40,810 nucleotides of DNA from a virus. The notes under the pieces were generated by a model. That model searched no databases, was not told where the DNA came from, and saw nothing but the letters and a program-made list of their open reading frames with translations. The translations under genes were made by a program, and so were the position numbers. The DNA is taken from UHGV virus genome UHGV-0204427, one strand, 5' to 3'. The stretch's first letter is position 1, and each line of letters begins with the position of its first letter. Shown piece after piece: positions 18,818 to 26,590 of this stretch.

Positions 18818-19228
18818 ATGAATGAAAAGATTGTATTGAAAAACGGGAAGGAGTACCCGCTGGTCATCGGCGGCACATCCTCCACGTCCAGCACTCTACG
18901 GCTTATCTTTCAGACAGCGGAGCCGCTGGAGGATATCGTGGCCGTGTTTGAGGACACCGCTGCCACAGAGCAGATTAAGACTGTCAACGAGGATGGCAGC
19001 ACATTGCTGATATATGATGGCTATACGGTGCTGGATAACCCAAAGAGTATTGATGACGACTATCTCATTACCCCGGAGCAGTACGGGGAGGACGGTGCGG
19101 TCACCGCGGAGGCTGTATATGGCCGTGTGGCGCTCCTAACGCTATCTCAGCCGGGTGTGGCCGCACAGGTGGAAAAGAATACGGCTGACATTGATTACGT
19201 GGCTATTATGGCCGGTATTGATTTATAG
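18818..19228 (+). CDS. hypothetical phage protein in XkdW-like position (high GC)
   Basis: 136 aa. Immediately upstream of the XkdX-like gene and the holin. Confidence 0.4.
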   Translation: MNEKIVLKNGKEYPLVIGGTSSTSSTLRLIFQTAEPLEDIVAVFEDTAATEQIKTVNEDGSTLLIYDGYTVLDNPKSIDDDYLITPEQYGEDGAVTAEAVYGRVALLTLSQPGVAAQVEKNTADIDYVAIMAGIDL

Positions 19229-19242
19229 GAGGAGGTGAGACC

Positions 19243-19377
19243 ATGGATGTAAAAGGACTGGCACAGAAGTATTACCCAAGATTATGGGACATTGACCGGC
19301 TTAAGGCCCTGGTGGCCGCGGGTAAACTGTCCGAGGCGGACTACAAGGAGATTACCGGAGAGGACTACGCAAAATAA
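19243..19377 (+). CDS. xkdX: XkdX-family small phage protein (44 aa)
   Basis: Hand-translated MDVKGLAQKYYPRLWDIDRLKALVAAGKLSEADYKEITGEDYAK. It matches the XkdX pattern '…G.it.eeYkeITGe.Y'. RBS GGAGGAGG. Confidence 0.55.
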   Translation: MDVKGLAQKYYPRLWDIDRLKALVAAGKLSEADYKEITGEDYAK

Positions 19378-19383
19378 AGAAGG

Positions 19384-19842
19384 ATGAGGTATATGAAAAT
19401 GGATAAGGTGAAAGCAGCGTTTGTTGCAGCATTTAGCATGATTTTTGGATGGCTGGGAATTTTGGCAGTTCCCGTGCTCATACTGGCCGGATTGAATTTC
19501 ACAGACTACATAACCGGCATCCTGGCATCAAAACGGCGCAATGAGCTGGTGACTAGTGACAAGGGACTGTGGGGTATCGTCAAGAAGATAGGAATGTGGA
19601 TATTGGTGGGATTGGGATGGGCTATGGACGTGTTGATTAATTACGCCGGCCAGTATGTAGGACTGTCTATTAAACTGCCCTTCGTGGTTGCTACCATCGT
19701 GGCAGTATGGCTTATATGTAATGAGATAATCAGCATCCTGGAAAATCTGCTGGATATTGGCGTGGCCATGCCGCCATTTTTAATGCCGCTGGCCAAGATG
19801 ATTAAGGGGCAGGTTGAAGATAAGACAAAGATGGATGCCTGA
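19384..19842 (+). CDS. holin (phage_holin_4_1 / TcdE-like, 3 TM); start probably ATG 19393
   Basis: Three hydrophobic helices with a charged C-terminus. Immediately upstream of the endolysin. Confidence 0.8.
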   Translation: MRYMKMDKVKAAFVAAFSMIFGWLGILAVPVLILAGLNFTDYITGILASKRRNELVTSDKGLWGIVKKIGMWILVGLGWAMDVLINYAGQYVGLSIKLPFVVATIVAVWLICNEIISILENLLDIGVAMPPFLMPLAKMIKGQVEDKTKMDA

Positions 19843-19885
19843 GATGAGGTGGTCCGCATATCTCCCGCCGCGGGGTTAAGCGGGT

Positions 19886-19916
19886 AGTTGCGATATCGCA
19901 ACTTGTGACGTCACAA
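19886..19916. promoter_or_regulatory. two abutting perfect palindromes: AGTTGCGATATCGCAACT (19886-19903) and TTGTGACGTCACAA (19903-19916)
   Basis: Read directly. The first contains the same 14-mer found at 5139-5152. Confidence 0.5.
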
Positions 19917-19924
19917 CTTTTCAT

Positions 19925-19957
19925 GGCTCAGGGATGCCCCTGGGCCTTATTTTTTTG
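19925..19957 (+). terminator. terminator-like hairpin GGCTCAGGG-atgc-CCCTGGGCC + TTATTTTTTT abutting the endolysin RBS
   Basis: 9-bp stem (1 mismatch) plus T7. The RBS GGAGG follows within 4 nt. Confidence 0.5.
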
Positions 19958-19972
19958 ATGGAGGAAAACACT

Positions 19973-20746
19973 ATGAGTAAAACATCAGCAGGACTAATTC
20001 AGCACTGTAAGGACAAGCTGGGCACCCCTTACGTCTACGGCGCCAAGGGCGAGATACTGACGCAGGCCATCCTGGACCGCCTGACCCGGGAGAACCCAGG
20101 CACATACACATCTACCTACAAAGCCAAAGCTGCCAAGTACATAGGCCAGCGCTGCACGGACTGCAGCGGCCTCATCAGCTGGTACACCGGGCGCATCCGT
20201 GGTAGTTACAACTACCATGACACAGCCGTGGAGCGCGTGGGTATCGACCATCTGGACGAGTCCATGGTCGGTTGGGCGCTCTGGAAGCCGGGCCACATCG
20301 GGGTGTACATAGGTGATGGCTGGTGTATTGAGGCCAAGGGCATCAACTACGGCACCATCAAGTCCAGAGTGGCGGCCACACCCTGGCAGAAGGTCCTCAA
20401 GCTCTGCGACATCGACTATACCCCGGTACCAGTGACATACACCCAGGGCTTTCAGCCGGCCGCAGACGGCCAGCGCTGGTGGTATCAGTTTACAGACGGC
20501 AGCTATGCGGCCAATGGCTGGTACTGGCTCAGGGAGGCCACGGACGGCACCTGTGGTTGGTATCTGTTTGACAGCGAGGGCTACATGATGACCGGCTACC
20601 AGGTGGACCCCGCTGGCGAGGCATTTTTACTTTGCCCGGTTAAGGGCAGCGACGAGGGCAAGTGCATGATTACGGATGCCAGGGGTGTGCTGCGGATTGC
20701 GGAGGAGTACGACATGGTAAATCGGCGGTATGTGTTTGCGTGGTAG
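19973..20746 (+). CDS. endolysin: NlpC/P60 (CHAP-like) peptidase + C-terminal cell-wall-binding repeats
   Basis: Catalytic Cys in 'RCTDCSGLISWY'. His in 'GHIGVYIGDG'. C-terminal aromatic repeats 'WWYQFTDGSYAANGWYWL…GWYLFDSEGYMMTGYQ'. RBS GGAGG before ATG 19973. Confidence 0.8.
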   Translation: MSKTSAGLIQHCKDKLGTPYVYGAKGEILTQAILDRLTRENPGTYTSTYKAKAAKYIGQRCTDCSGLISWYTGRIRGSYNYHDTAVERVGIDHLDESMVGWALWKPGHIGVYIGDGWCIEAKGINYGTIKSRVAATPWQKVLKLCDIDYTPVPVTYTQGFQPAADGQRWWYQFTDGSYAANGWYWLREATDGTCGWYLFDSEGYMMTGYQVDPAGEAFLLCPVKGSDEGKCMITDARGVLRIAEEYDMVNRRYVFAW

Positions 20747-20899
20747 ACTGTGAAAATGATGTTATAGTAATTAAAACTGGTGGAATAGGATGCTTACTAA
20801 TAAAGCAAGGACAATGGGGGAGGGGAGGCAAATATAATATGCGGGCAAGTAATTCATATTATGTATATAGATAAGGTTAATAAAATTTCCAATAACGGA

Positions 20900-20928
20900 T
20901 TGACAAATTAACCTAAATGGGTTAAAAT
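20900..20928 (+). promoter_or_regulatory. σ70 promoter TTGACA-17-TAAAAT with inverted repeat TTAACC-N6-GGTTAA (20908-20925) in the spacer; second IR GTGAC-N9-GTCAC at 20935-20953
   Basis: Consensus hexamers and spacing read directly. Lies 44 nt upstream of the XRE gene. Confidence 0.55.
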
Positions 20929-20971
20929 AAATTTGTGACCCATGGAATGTCACTAGAAGGAGGATTGCACG

Positions 20972-21322
20972 ATGGTAAATAACTTCGGAAAGTTTTGCCG
21001 CAAGCTGAGAATTGATAATGGAGAATTATTAGCGGATATGGCTAAAAAGCTCGGGGTTTCATCTGCATTTTTGTCAAAGGTAGAAAATGGAAATAAGAAA
21101 CCACCGAAGGAATGGCAAGAGGAAATTGTTTCATTGTATCAGTTGGATAATCGTAAAGCGGAGGAATTAGCTGATTGTATGTTTGATGCATTGAATTTCC
21201 ATAGTATTGATATGTCTGGGTATTCAGATGGAAATCGGGATATGCTTCTGTCCTTCGCTAGAAAGCTTAACACCATGGATGACAGCAAAATAGACCAGTT
21301 TAGAAAAATGATTGAGAAGTAA
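20972..21322 (+). CDS. XRE-family helix-turn-helix regulator
   Basis: 'FGKFCRKLRIDNGELLADMAKKLGVSSAFLSKVENGNKKP' is a classic HTH_XRE. Low GC. Confidence 0.75.
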   Translation: MVNNFGKFCRKLRIDNGELLADMAKKLGVSSAFLSKVENGNKKPPKEWQEEIVSLYQLDNRKAEELADCMFDALNFHSIDMSGYSDGNRDMLLSFARKLNTMDDSKIDQFRKMIEK

Positions 21323-21340
21323 CTTGGAGGTGCTGCAATA

Positions 21341-21856
21341 TTGAATATTCGTGCTACAGCGTTATCAAGAGTATCGATAAGAGAGTTGACGACAGAGGTT
21401 AGAAAAATTTGTGGGCTGCAGGAGCAGTTGTATTTTCCAATAGTAGAATTCATTGAGTGGGTCTTAGGCGACCCCAATAATGATTTCGATTATGAAATAG
21501 TCCCGATATCTGAGATGAAAGATACATATGGAACAACAAATACCGCAAGTAATATTATGCGAATAAGGGAAGATGTATATGAAGGTGCCGTTAAAGGAAA
21601 CGCAAGAGATAGATTCACTCTGTGCCATGAGTTGGGGCATTTCTTATTGCATCAGCCTAAATTGATAAGTTATGCAAGAGGTAATGTCCCGGTATACTGT
21701 CAGCCAGAATGGCAAGCCAACACATTTGCAGCAGAACTGATGGCGCCTTATCATTTAGTGAAAAACATGTCGGCAAATGAAATTGCACAGAAATGCGGAA
21801 TGTCATTGACTGCAGCAAATATTCAATATAAAACGTATCATAAGTTTGATGTTTAG
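21341..21856 (+). CDS. ImmA/IrrE-family zinc metallopeptidase (COG2856)
   Basis: HEXXH in 'LCHELGHFLLH'. Typical size of 171 aa. Directly downstream of the XRE partner. Confidence 0.75.
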   Translation: MNIRATALSRVSIRELTTEVRKICGLQEQLYFPIVEFIEWVLGDPNNDFDYEIVPISEMKDTYGTTNTASNIMRIREDVYEGAVKGNARDRFTLCHELGHFLLHQPKLISYARGNVPVYCQPEWQANTFAAELMAPYHLVKNMSANEIAQKCGMSLTAANIQYKTYHKFDV

Positions 21857-22015
21857 GAGAAATCCTTTGCATAGAAAAAACCAAGTGCATTACACTTGGT
21901 CGCTTGTTGAACGTGTTACCACTATTCAACTGATTTTATAATCTTATTTGGCGATATGATTATAACATAGTGGGAGCTCTTTTGCAAGTGGAAACTTGAG
22001 AAAGGAGGGCAAACT

Positions 22016-22138
22016 ATGTGGATTTTTAGAGCATGGATTACCACGAAAGATGGTGAAAAGATTTACGCAAAAGACCATGGGAAAAGAGCCTTTAGATTCT
22101 GGGTTGGTCCAGGACCTGCGCCAGTTAAGAGTAACTAA
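22016..22138 (+). CDS. 40-aa basic peptide (MWIFRAWITTKDGEKIYAKDHGKRAFRFWVGPGPAPVKSN)
   Basis: Strong RBS AAGGAGGG 6 nt upstream. Shares a 'KDG-x-[KR]-[IV]' motif with the next peptide. Confidence 0.4.
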   Translation: MWIFRAWITTKDGEKIYAKDHGKRAFRFWVGPGPAPVKSN

Positions 22139-22203
22139 TTGACTAAAAGAGGTGCTTTTATCAGTTGGAGTGTCTCTGGTTTTATATGGAAGGAGCCAGA
22201 GCG

Positions 22204-22323
22204 ATGGCAAAGACTAGGACAAGCGTGAGAGGACAGCAACACAAGAAGATTGTAGTAGTGAAATCATATGTAAGGAAAGATGGAAGAAGGGTGGGAGAGC
22301 ATCGGCGCTCAACTCCAAATTGA
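22204..22323 (+). CDS. 39-aa basic peptide (MAKTRTSVRGQQHKKIVVVKSYVRKDGRRVGEHRRSTPN)
   Basis: Strong RBS GGAAGGAG. Followed by a strong terminator. Confidence 0.4.
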   Translation: MAKTRTSVRGQQHKKIVVVKSYVRKDGRRVGEHRRSTPN

Positions 22324-22331
22324 TTCATTTT

Positions 22332-22357
22332 GAGGCAGGAAATTCCTGCCTCTTTTT
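22332..22357 (+). terminator. rho-independent terminator GAGGCAGG-aaatt-CCTGCCTC + TTTTT
   Basis: Perfect 8-bp stem plus T-run. Confidence 0.65.
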
Positions 22358-22506
22358 ATAGTAGCGTGTGTAGAAGGCGGGTACCGGATAAACCGGGCCC
22401 GCCTAAGCATTATTTATATGGAGAATCGAATGATTTAAATAAGGAAGAAATAATTTGCAAGTTTGTAAACTCTATGCACATGGTATTAGAAAACTTGTAA
22501 ATTAGA

Positions 22507-23874
22507 TTATAGCTGCTTTAGCTTGATATTCACATTATCATCATCAATTATGATGCGGTCTATAATCATAGTCAGGCAGGCCCTTTTTTCATCCAAGCTT
22601 CCTGCATCAGAAAGCGACATCAAGGTATCTCTCGCGGTTATCATTTCAGCAAGAGTTGTTACCGGCACATTTTTGGGTTTTGATATATTCAGTAGTGCTT
22701 CCTTCTCTTTATTAAGCGCATCCATTTTTTCCTGTATGGTTTCGATTGGGATTCCGCTGACTTGATACAGGTCTATCAGTTTTCCAATCTGCTTATCTAT
22801 CTCATTTAGGCGGATTGAATAATCTGTGACCGGGACCGGAACAGGGTGTCCACTCTTTAATTTAGAAAAGTCTAAACGCATTATGTAATCTAACACCAGT
22901 CTGTCTAATTCCTCTATCTTCCATTTTTTATTCTTGCAGTTGGGGTCAACAATGTACTTTTTATCTCCCTTGGTACGACTATAACAAGAATAATTACCAT
23001 GCTCACCGTGGAACCGTGCCCCACACTTACCACAATAGACGAGGCTTGAAAGAAGGGTGCTCGCCTTAAACGGAGACCGCTTGAAGGTATCAGAGGCCCT
23101 CCTGGAGCTGTTAAACAGGTCCTGTACCTGCCGGAATGTTTCTTCGGATATGATTGGTTGATGATTGCCTTGATAGGCTACCCCCTTAAACTTTACTTTT
23201 CCTATATACAGTTCGTTTTTAAGGACATTCCGGACTAAGACCTCACTGCTCCATCCACCATATTTTTGTTGCATATACTGCCAACAGTTGTGTATGGAAT
23301 ACCCCTTTAAAAACCGATTATACAAATCCTTGACCTGTATGGCCTCATAGTCATTTATTATGAGCTCCCCGTCAATATAGTCATAGCCGGTTGGTGCGTT
23401 GCCACCCCCATGAAAATATCCATTCTTGGCTCTGCCGATGCGTCCCATGGTAAAACGCTCCGTAATCTGGTCTTTCTCCAGCTGGGCAAAGACCGACAGT
23501 ATTCCAATCATGGCCCGGCCAAATGGGGTGGATGTATCAAAATTCTCATTCACAGAAACAAAATCCACATTCTTGGCCAGAAAACAATCCTCAATCAACA
23601 TGAGAGTATCCTTCTGGCTTCTGGATAAGCGGTCAAGCTTGTAAACAATGACAGAATCTATCAATCCTTTGTCGATGTCTTGGAGCATCTGCTGCAGGGC
23701 AGGCCTATTAACGTTTCCGCCGGAATAGCCGCCGTCGGTATATATCTTGACTATCTGAATATCTTTTGCTTTGCAGTATGCCTTCAAACGGTCAGTCTGT
23801 TCCTCTATACTATAGTTTTCTAACTGATTGTCCGTAGATACACGGACATAACATGCGCCTTTAATCATATTCAT
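22507..23874 (-). CDS. large serine recombinase (phage integrase type: resolvase catalytic domain + recombinase domain + zinc ribbon + coiled coil); start possibly the 3rd codon ATG at 23868
   Basis: 'YVRVSTDNQ' catalytic Ser motif. 'SRSQKDTL'. Cys pairs 'CGKCGARF…C'. 455 aa. Confidence 0.9.
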   Translation of the reverse strand: MNMIKGACYVRVSTDNQLENYSIEEQTDRLKAYCKAKDIQIVKIYTDGGYSGGNVNRPALQQMLQDIDKGLIDSVIVYKLDRLSRSQKDTLMLIEDCFLAKNVDFVSVNENFDTSTPFGRAMIGILSVFAQLEKDQITERFTMGRIGRAKNGYFHGGGNAPTGYDYIDGELIINDYEAIQVKDLYNRFLKGYSIHNCWQYMQQKYGGWSSEVLVRNVLKNELYIGKVKFKGVAYQGNHQPIISEETFRQVQDLFNSSRRASDTFKRSPFKASTLLSSLVYCGKCGARFHGEHGNYSCYSRTKGDKKYIVDPNCKNKKWKIEELDRLVLDYIMRLDFSKLKSGHPVPVPVTDYSIRLNEIDKQIGKLIDLYQVSGIPIETIQEKMDALNKEKEALLNISKPKNVPVTTLAEMITARDTLMSLSDAGSLDEKRACLTMIIDRIIIDDDNVNIKLKQL

Positions 23875-24013
23875 CTCTCCTCATACTTAACTATACTCTT
23901 CGGTTGACGTAAAATTACACATATGGTTGCCCGGTGTCCGGAAAGATGATATACTATGTCTTGTACTCAACATTTCTTATCATGGGAACCGTGACACCCT
24001 TGGTAAGGCTGGG

Positions 24014-24050
24014 CCCCTGTGTTTTCTGCACAGGGGTTCTTGCGTTATTT
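24014..24050 (+). terminator. hairpin CCCCTGTG-ttttctg-CACAGGGG followed by TTCTTGCGTTATTT; orphan + strand terminator or att-associated structure
   Basis: 8-bp perfect stem. No + strand gene lies upstream. Confidence 0.35.
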
Positions 24051-24245
24051 AAATAAATCAAAAAGACTAAATGAAGTCTTTTTATACACTTTGTTATATG
24101 CGGCCTTTTTAGGATTCTTTATCCACCCCATACCCTTCTTCCCATATCCGGGTATTAATGCTTTTTTTACCGCTCTTTTTGCTCGTCCGGTGGTCCTGGC
24201 CTTTAGGGATTTCATGGGGCTAATTTTGCGCAATCCAAATTTCAT
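24045..24245 (-). CDS. 66-aa lysine-rich small protein (MKFGLRKISPMKSLKARTTGRAKRAVKKALIPGYGKKGMGWIKNPKKAAYNKVYKKTSF…), conserved prophage hypothetical
   Basis: RBS GGAGGGG 8 nt before ATG. Highly basic. I recognise this peptide type as recurrent next to integrases in Firmicutes prophages. Confidence 0.5.
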   Translation of the reverse strand: MKFGLRKISPMKSLKARTTGRAKRAVKKALIPGYGKKGMGWIKNPKKAAYNKVYKKTSFSLFDLFK

Positions 24246-24389
24246 GATGTCCCCTCCTTGTGAAATAGTATTTTCTATATATTGATACTTGAAACAGAAC
24301 ATACGTTCTGATATAATAAAAATCAAACCTAAGTTTGTGTATGACCTTCACTGCTACTGCGGATACTATTCGCATGGAGGTACACGCTC

Positions 24390-24608
24390 ATGGTTCCACG
24401 ATTCACAATTGAATATCATCTTTATGAGTTCCGAACAAAAGCAGGCCTTACAGACCGTGGTCTTTCGGAGCTATCAGGAATCAGTAAAACCCAAATCAAC
24501 CAGATTGAAGATGGCAAGGCCAATCCCACATTACGCACCATATGCATCCTTTCCCTTGCATTGGACGTTAAACCAGCTGACCTGTTTTCAATCCGCATAA
24601 CCCCCTAA
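24390..24608 (+). CDS. small XRE/Cro-type HTH protein
   Basis: 'FRTKAGLTDRGLSELSGISKTQINQIEDGKANP' is HTH_XRE. Confidence 0.55.
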   Translation: MVPRFTIEYHLYEFRTKAGLTDRGLSELSGISKTQINQIEDGKANPTLRTICILSLALDVKPADLFSIRITP

Positions 24609-24899
24609 ACGGGGGTACATAATAGACGCTTGTCGATATTTGTCCGTTATAGCGGACAAATGCGGAAACAGCAGGTAAATAATGGAAATATAACGTTCAT
24701 ACAGTATAACCTAGTCGATAAACTGACTATATGGTTTCGTAGAGACAAAAGGGAAAGGGTGGTACATATTATGAGTAATCAAGAATACTGGAATGCTATT
24801 TCTGAAAAGGTTAAGGAAATCAATAACAATGCTTTACTTAGAAGAATTTACCTTTTTATCCTTGCCCTACAGGGAGGCGCCCACTGAGGTGTCTCCCTG

Positions 24900-25280
24900 T
24901 CATTTAATTCCCAGCCATGCTTTCATGAAATCTTCTAAAATTTTCAATTTTTCTGGGTCTGTTTCTGCTAATAAGTTTATACCATTTCGTACAAATTCAT
25001 TTTCAGTTGTACTCAGTTTTCCCAAATTTAATGAAAATCGGTCATCAGCAGATATTTGAGTAAAGATGTTATCATCGCCGCCTTCACCAGTGAGAAGCCA
25101 GGTTTCATTTACATGAAATGAAACGCAGATATCAGATATTACTCTATTTGTAACAGCGACTTTTCCGGTTTCTATATTTCCGAGATTTGAACGGGATATC
25201 CTAATGGATTCAGCAAATTCTTCTTGAGTCTTATGCAAAATTTCTTTACGCAGAAATCGTATTCGTTCATATGTGTTCAT
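24900..25280 (-). CDS. cI-like prophage repressor (HTH_XRE, no peptidase domain), 126 aa
   Basis: 'IRFLRKEILHKTQEEFAESIRISRSNLGNIETGK'. RBS AAGGAG. Divergent from the early promoter. Confidence 0.7.
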   Translation of the reverse strand: MNTYERIRFLRKEILHKTQEEFAESIRISRSNLGNIETGKVAVTNRVISDICVSFHVNETWLLTGEGGDDNIFTQISADDRFSLNLGKLSTTENEFVRNGINLLAETDPEKLKILEDFMKAWLGIK

Positions 25281-25310
25281 GCGTGATTCTCCTTTCTTGT
25301 ATATAAGCAA

Positions 25311-25339
25311 ATTATAGCATAAAGAAAAATGCTTGTAAA
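25311..25339 (-). promoter_or_regulatory. leftward σ70 promoter (TTTACA-17-TATAAT on the minus strand) for the repressor gene
   Basis: Hexamers ATTATA at 25311-16 and TGTAAA at 25334-39 on the + strand. 17-nt spacer. Confidence 0.5.
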
Positions 25340-25363
25340 GGACAAAAAGAGTAAAAGATATGA

Positions 25364-25398
25364 TTGACAAGGACAAAATTGTGGTATATAATGTCCTT
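25364..25398 (+). promoter_or_regulatory. rightward early promoter TTGACA-17-TATAAT with operator half-sites AAGGACA (25338, 25369 direct) and TGTCCTT (25392 inverted)
   Basis: Perfect consensus hexamers. AAGGACAAAA is repeated twice and forms an inverted repeat across the -10. Confidence 0.6.
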
Positions 25399-25428
25399 AA
25401 CAAGCAAAAGAGAGAGGGGTGATGAAAG

Positions 25429-25599
25429 ATGCAAGATACCAATTTAATTCAATTAACAAATGACACATTAAAAAATATCCTTATTATGGCACCGATGTTG
25501 GATGAAGCGGGTCAAAATAAGGTGTTTGGTTTGATGTGTGGCCTAATTCCTAATGTACCTAAAAGTGGAACTGATATTAAGGATAGAAAGAGCAGCTAA
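25429..25599 (+). CDS. 56-aa first early-operon protein (Cro position, no obvious HTH)
   Basis: RBS AGAGAGGGG. Divergent from the repressor. Confidence 0.35.
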   Translation: MQDTNLIQLTNDTLKNILIMAPMLDEAGQNKVFGLMCGLIPNVPKSGTDIKDRKSS

Positions 25600-25644
25600 G
25601 GTACTGCACATCGGCAAGTGAATAGGAAGAGGTGAGAGAAAGTA

Positions 25645-25854
25645 ATGTTACTTATTTTATTGTCTGTCCTGGTTTCAACGATTACCGCAGCCATCGTCAC
25701 GATTAAGATAACGGCCGCGGTAAAAAGAGAACTAATGACCTACGTCGAAGAAATGTGTGACCTGAATATTGAACAATCACAAAAAATAAAAAACTATGCT
25801 CTGAAAACGGTTGAAATGCTTGTTCGCAATATCAATCAAGACAAGCCTGTATAA
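25645..25854 (+). CDS. 69-aa small membrane protein
   Basis: Hydrophobic N-terminus 'LLILLSVLVSTITAAIVTI'. RBS GAGGTGAG. Confidence 0.4.
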   Translation: MLLILLSVLVSTITAAIVTIKITAAVKRELMTYVEEMCDLNIEQSQKIKNYALKTVEMLVRNINQDKPV

Positions 25855-26590
25855 GGGCTGTACCGAAAGGCGTTAATCCACATATTTTTCCAACAATTTC
25901 AGAATGAAGATATTTCCCCATTTTGATACGTTCTTCTTCGCACTGTTTATAGAAATCTGAATTTTTAAATGGAGAGTCATCAGCGGGGTGAACGAGAGCG
26001 TCATCATCAAATGCAAGTATGCCTAACCGCATCAGTGATGAAAGTGAAAAAGATATATACCTTGCTTCGTGCTGGTTCGGATAAGTATCAAAAGTATAGG
26101 GAACTTTGTTATAAAAGTCATTCTCGCTATTATTGAAATATGTGTATGTAATCAATCGTTCTGGTTTGTTGCTGACATAGTATTTTAAAATTTTAGCATC
26201 ATAAGGGCTCATTTGTTTTAGTGTCTCTGAGAAAGATGGATGTATGAGTTCCTTATAGTCACTATGGCATGAACGTGCTATTAGGTTAGCAAACAGATTT
26301 CTAAGTTCTTCGGAATTGATGCAAGAATCTACATTATCTAATGCAAGCATTATTGTTTGATAATCAGGTTCTATAAGCTTTTCAGATGGAATTTGTTCTA
26401 TACAGAGTTTTAATCGCGCCTCCAATTCAATTAAGCCGTATTTTTCATAGAGACGCCTTTTCTCAGCTTTATAGGATATTGAGCCAAACTTAAGATAGAT
26501 GGCGTCTTTGATGAGAGTTCCAATAGACATTGCTGGTTCGTTAGTAAGGTTTTTAATTGCATTATCAACACAGTTAGGCATGAGTTCCAT
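25832..26590 (-). CDS. Abi-alpha-like (DUF4393) abortive-infection/exclusion candidate, ~252 aa
   Basis: 'IKNLTNEPAMSIGTLI…RNLFANLIARSCHSDYKELIHPSFSETLKQMSPYDAKILKY' recalls the DUF4393 core. Minus-strand gene in the lysogeny region. Confidence 0.5.
   Translation of the reverse strand: MELMPNCVDNAIKNLTNEPAMSIGTLIKDAIYLKFGSISYKAEKRRLYEKYGLIELEARLKLCIEQIPSEKLIEPDYQTIMLALDNVDSCINSEELRNLFANLIARSCHSDYKELIHPSFSETLKQMSPYDAKILKYYVSNKPERLITYTYFNNSENDFYNKVPYTFDTYPNQHEARYISFSLSSLMRLGILAFDDDALVHPADDSPFKNSDFYKQCEEERIKMGKYLHSEIVGKICGLTPFGTALIQACLD

Noticed and set aside
23946-24056. Possible 36-aa + strand ORF (MIYYVLYSTFLIMGTVTPLVRLGPCVFCTGVLALFK) between integrase and the K-rich peptide
   Set aside because: No convincing RBS, and it runs through the terminator hairpin. 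Treated as non-coding or att-region sequence.
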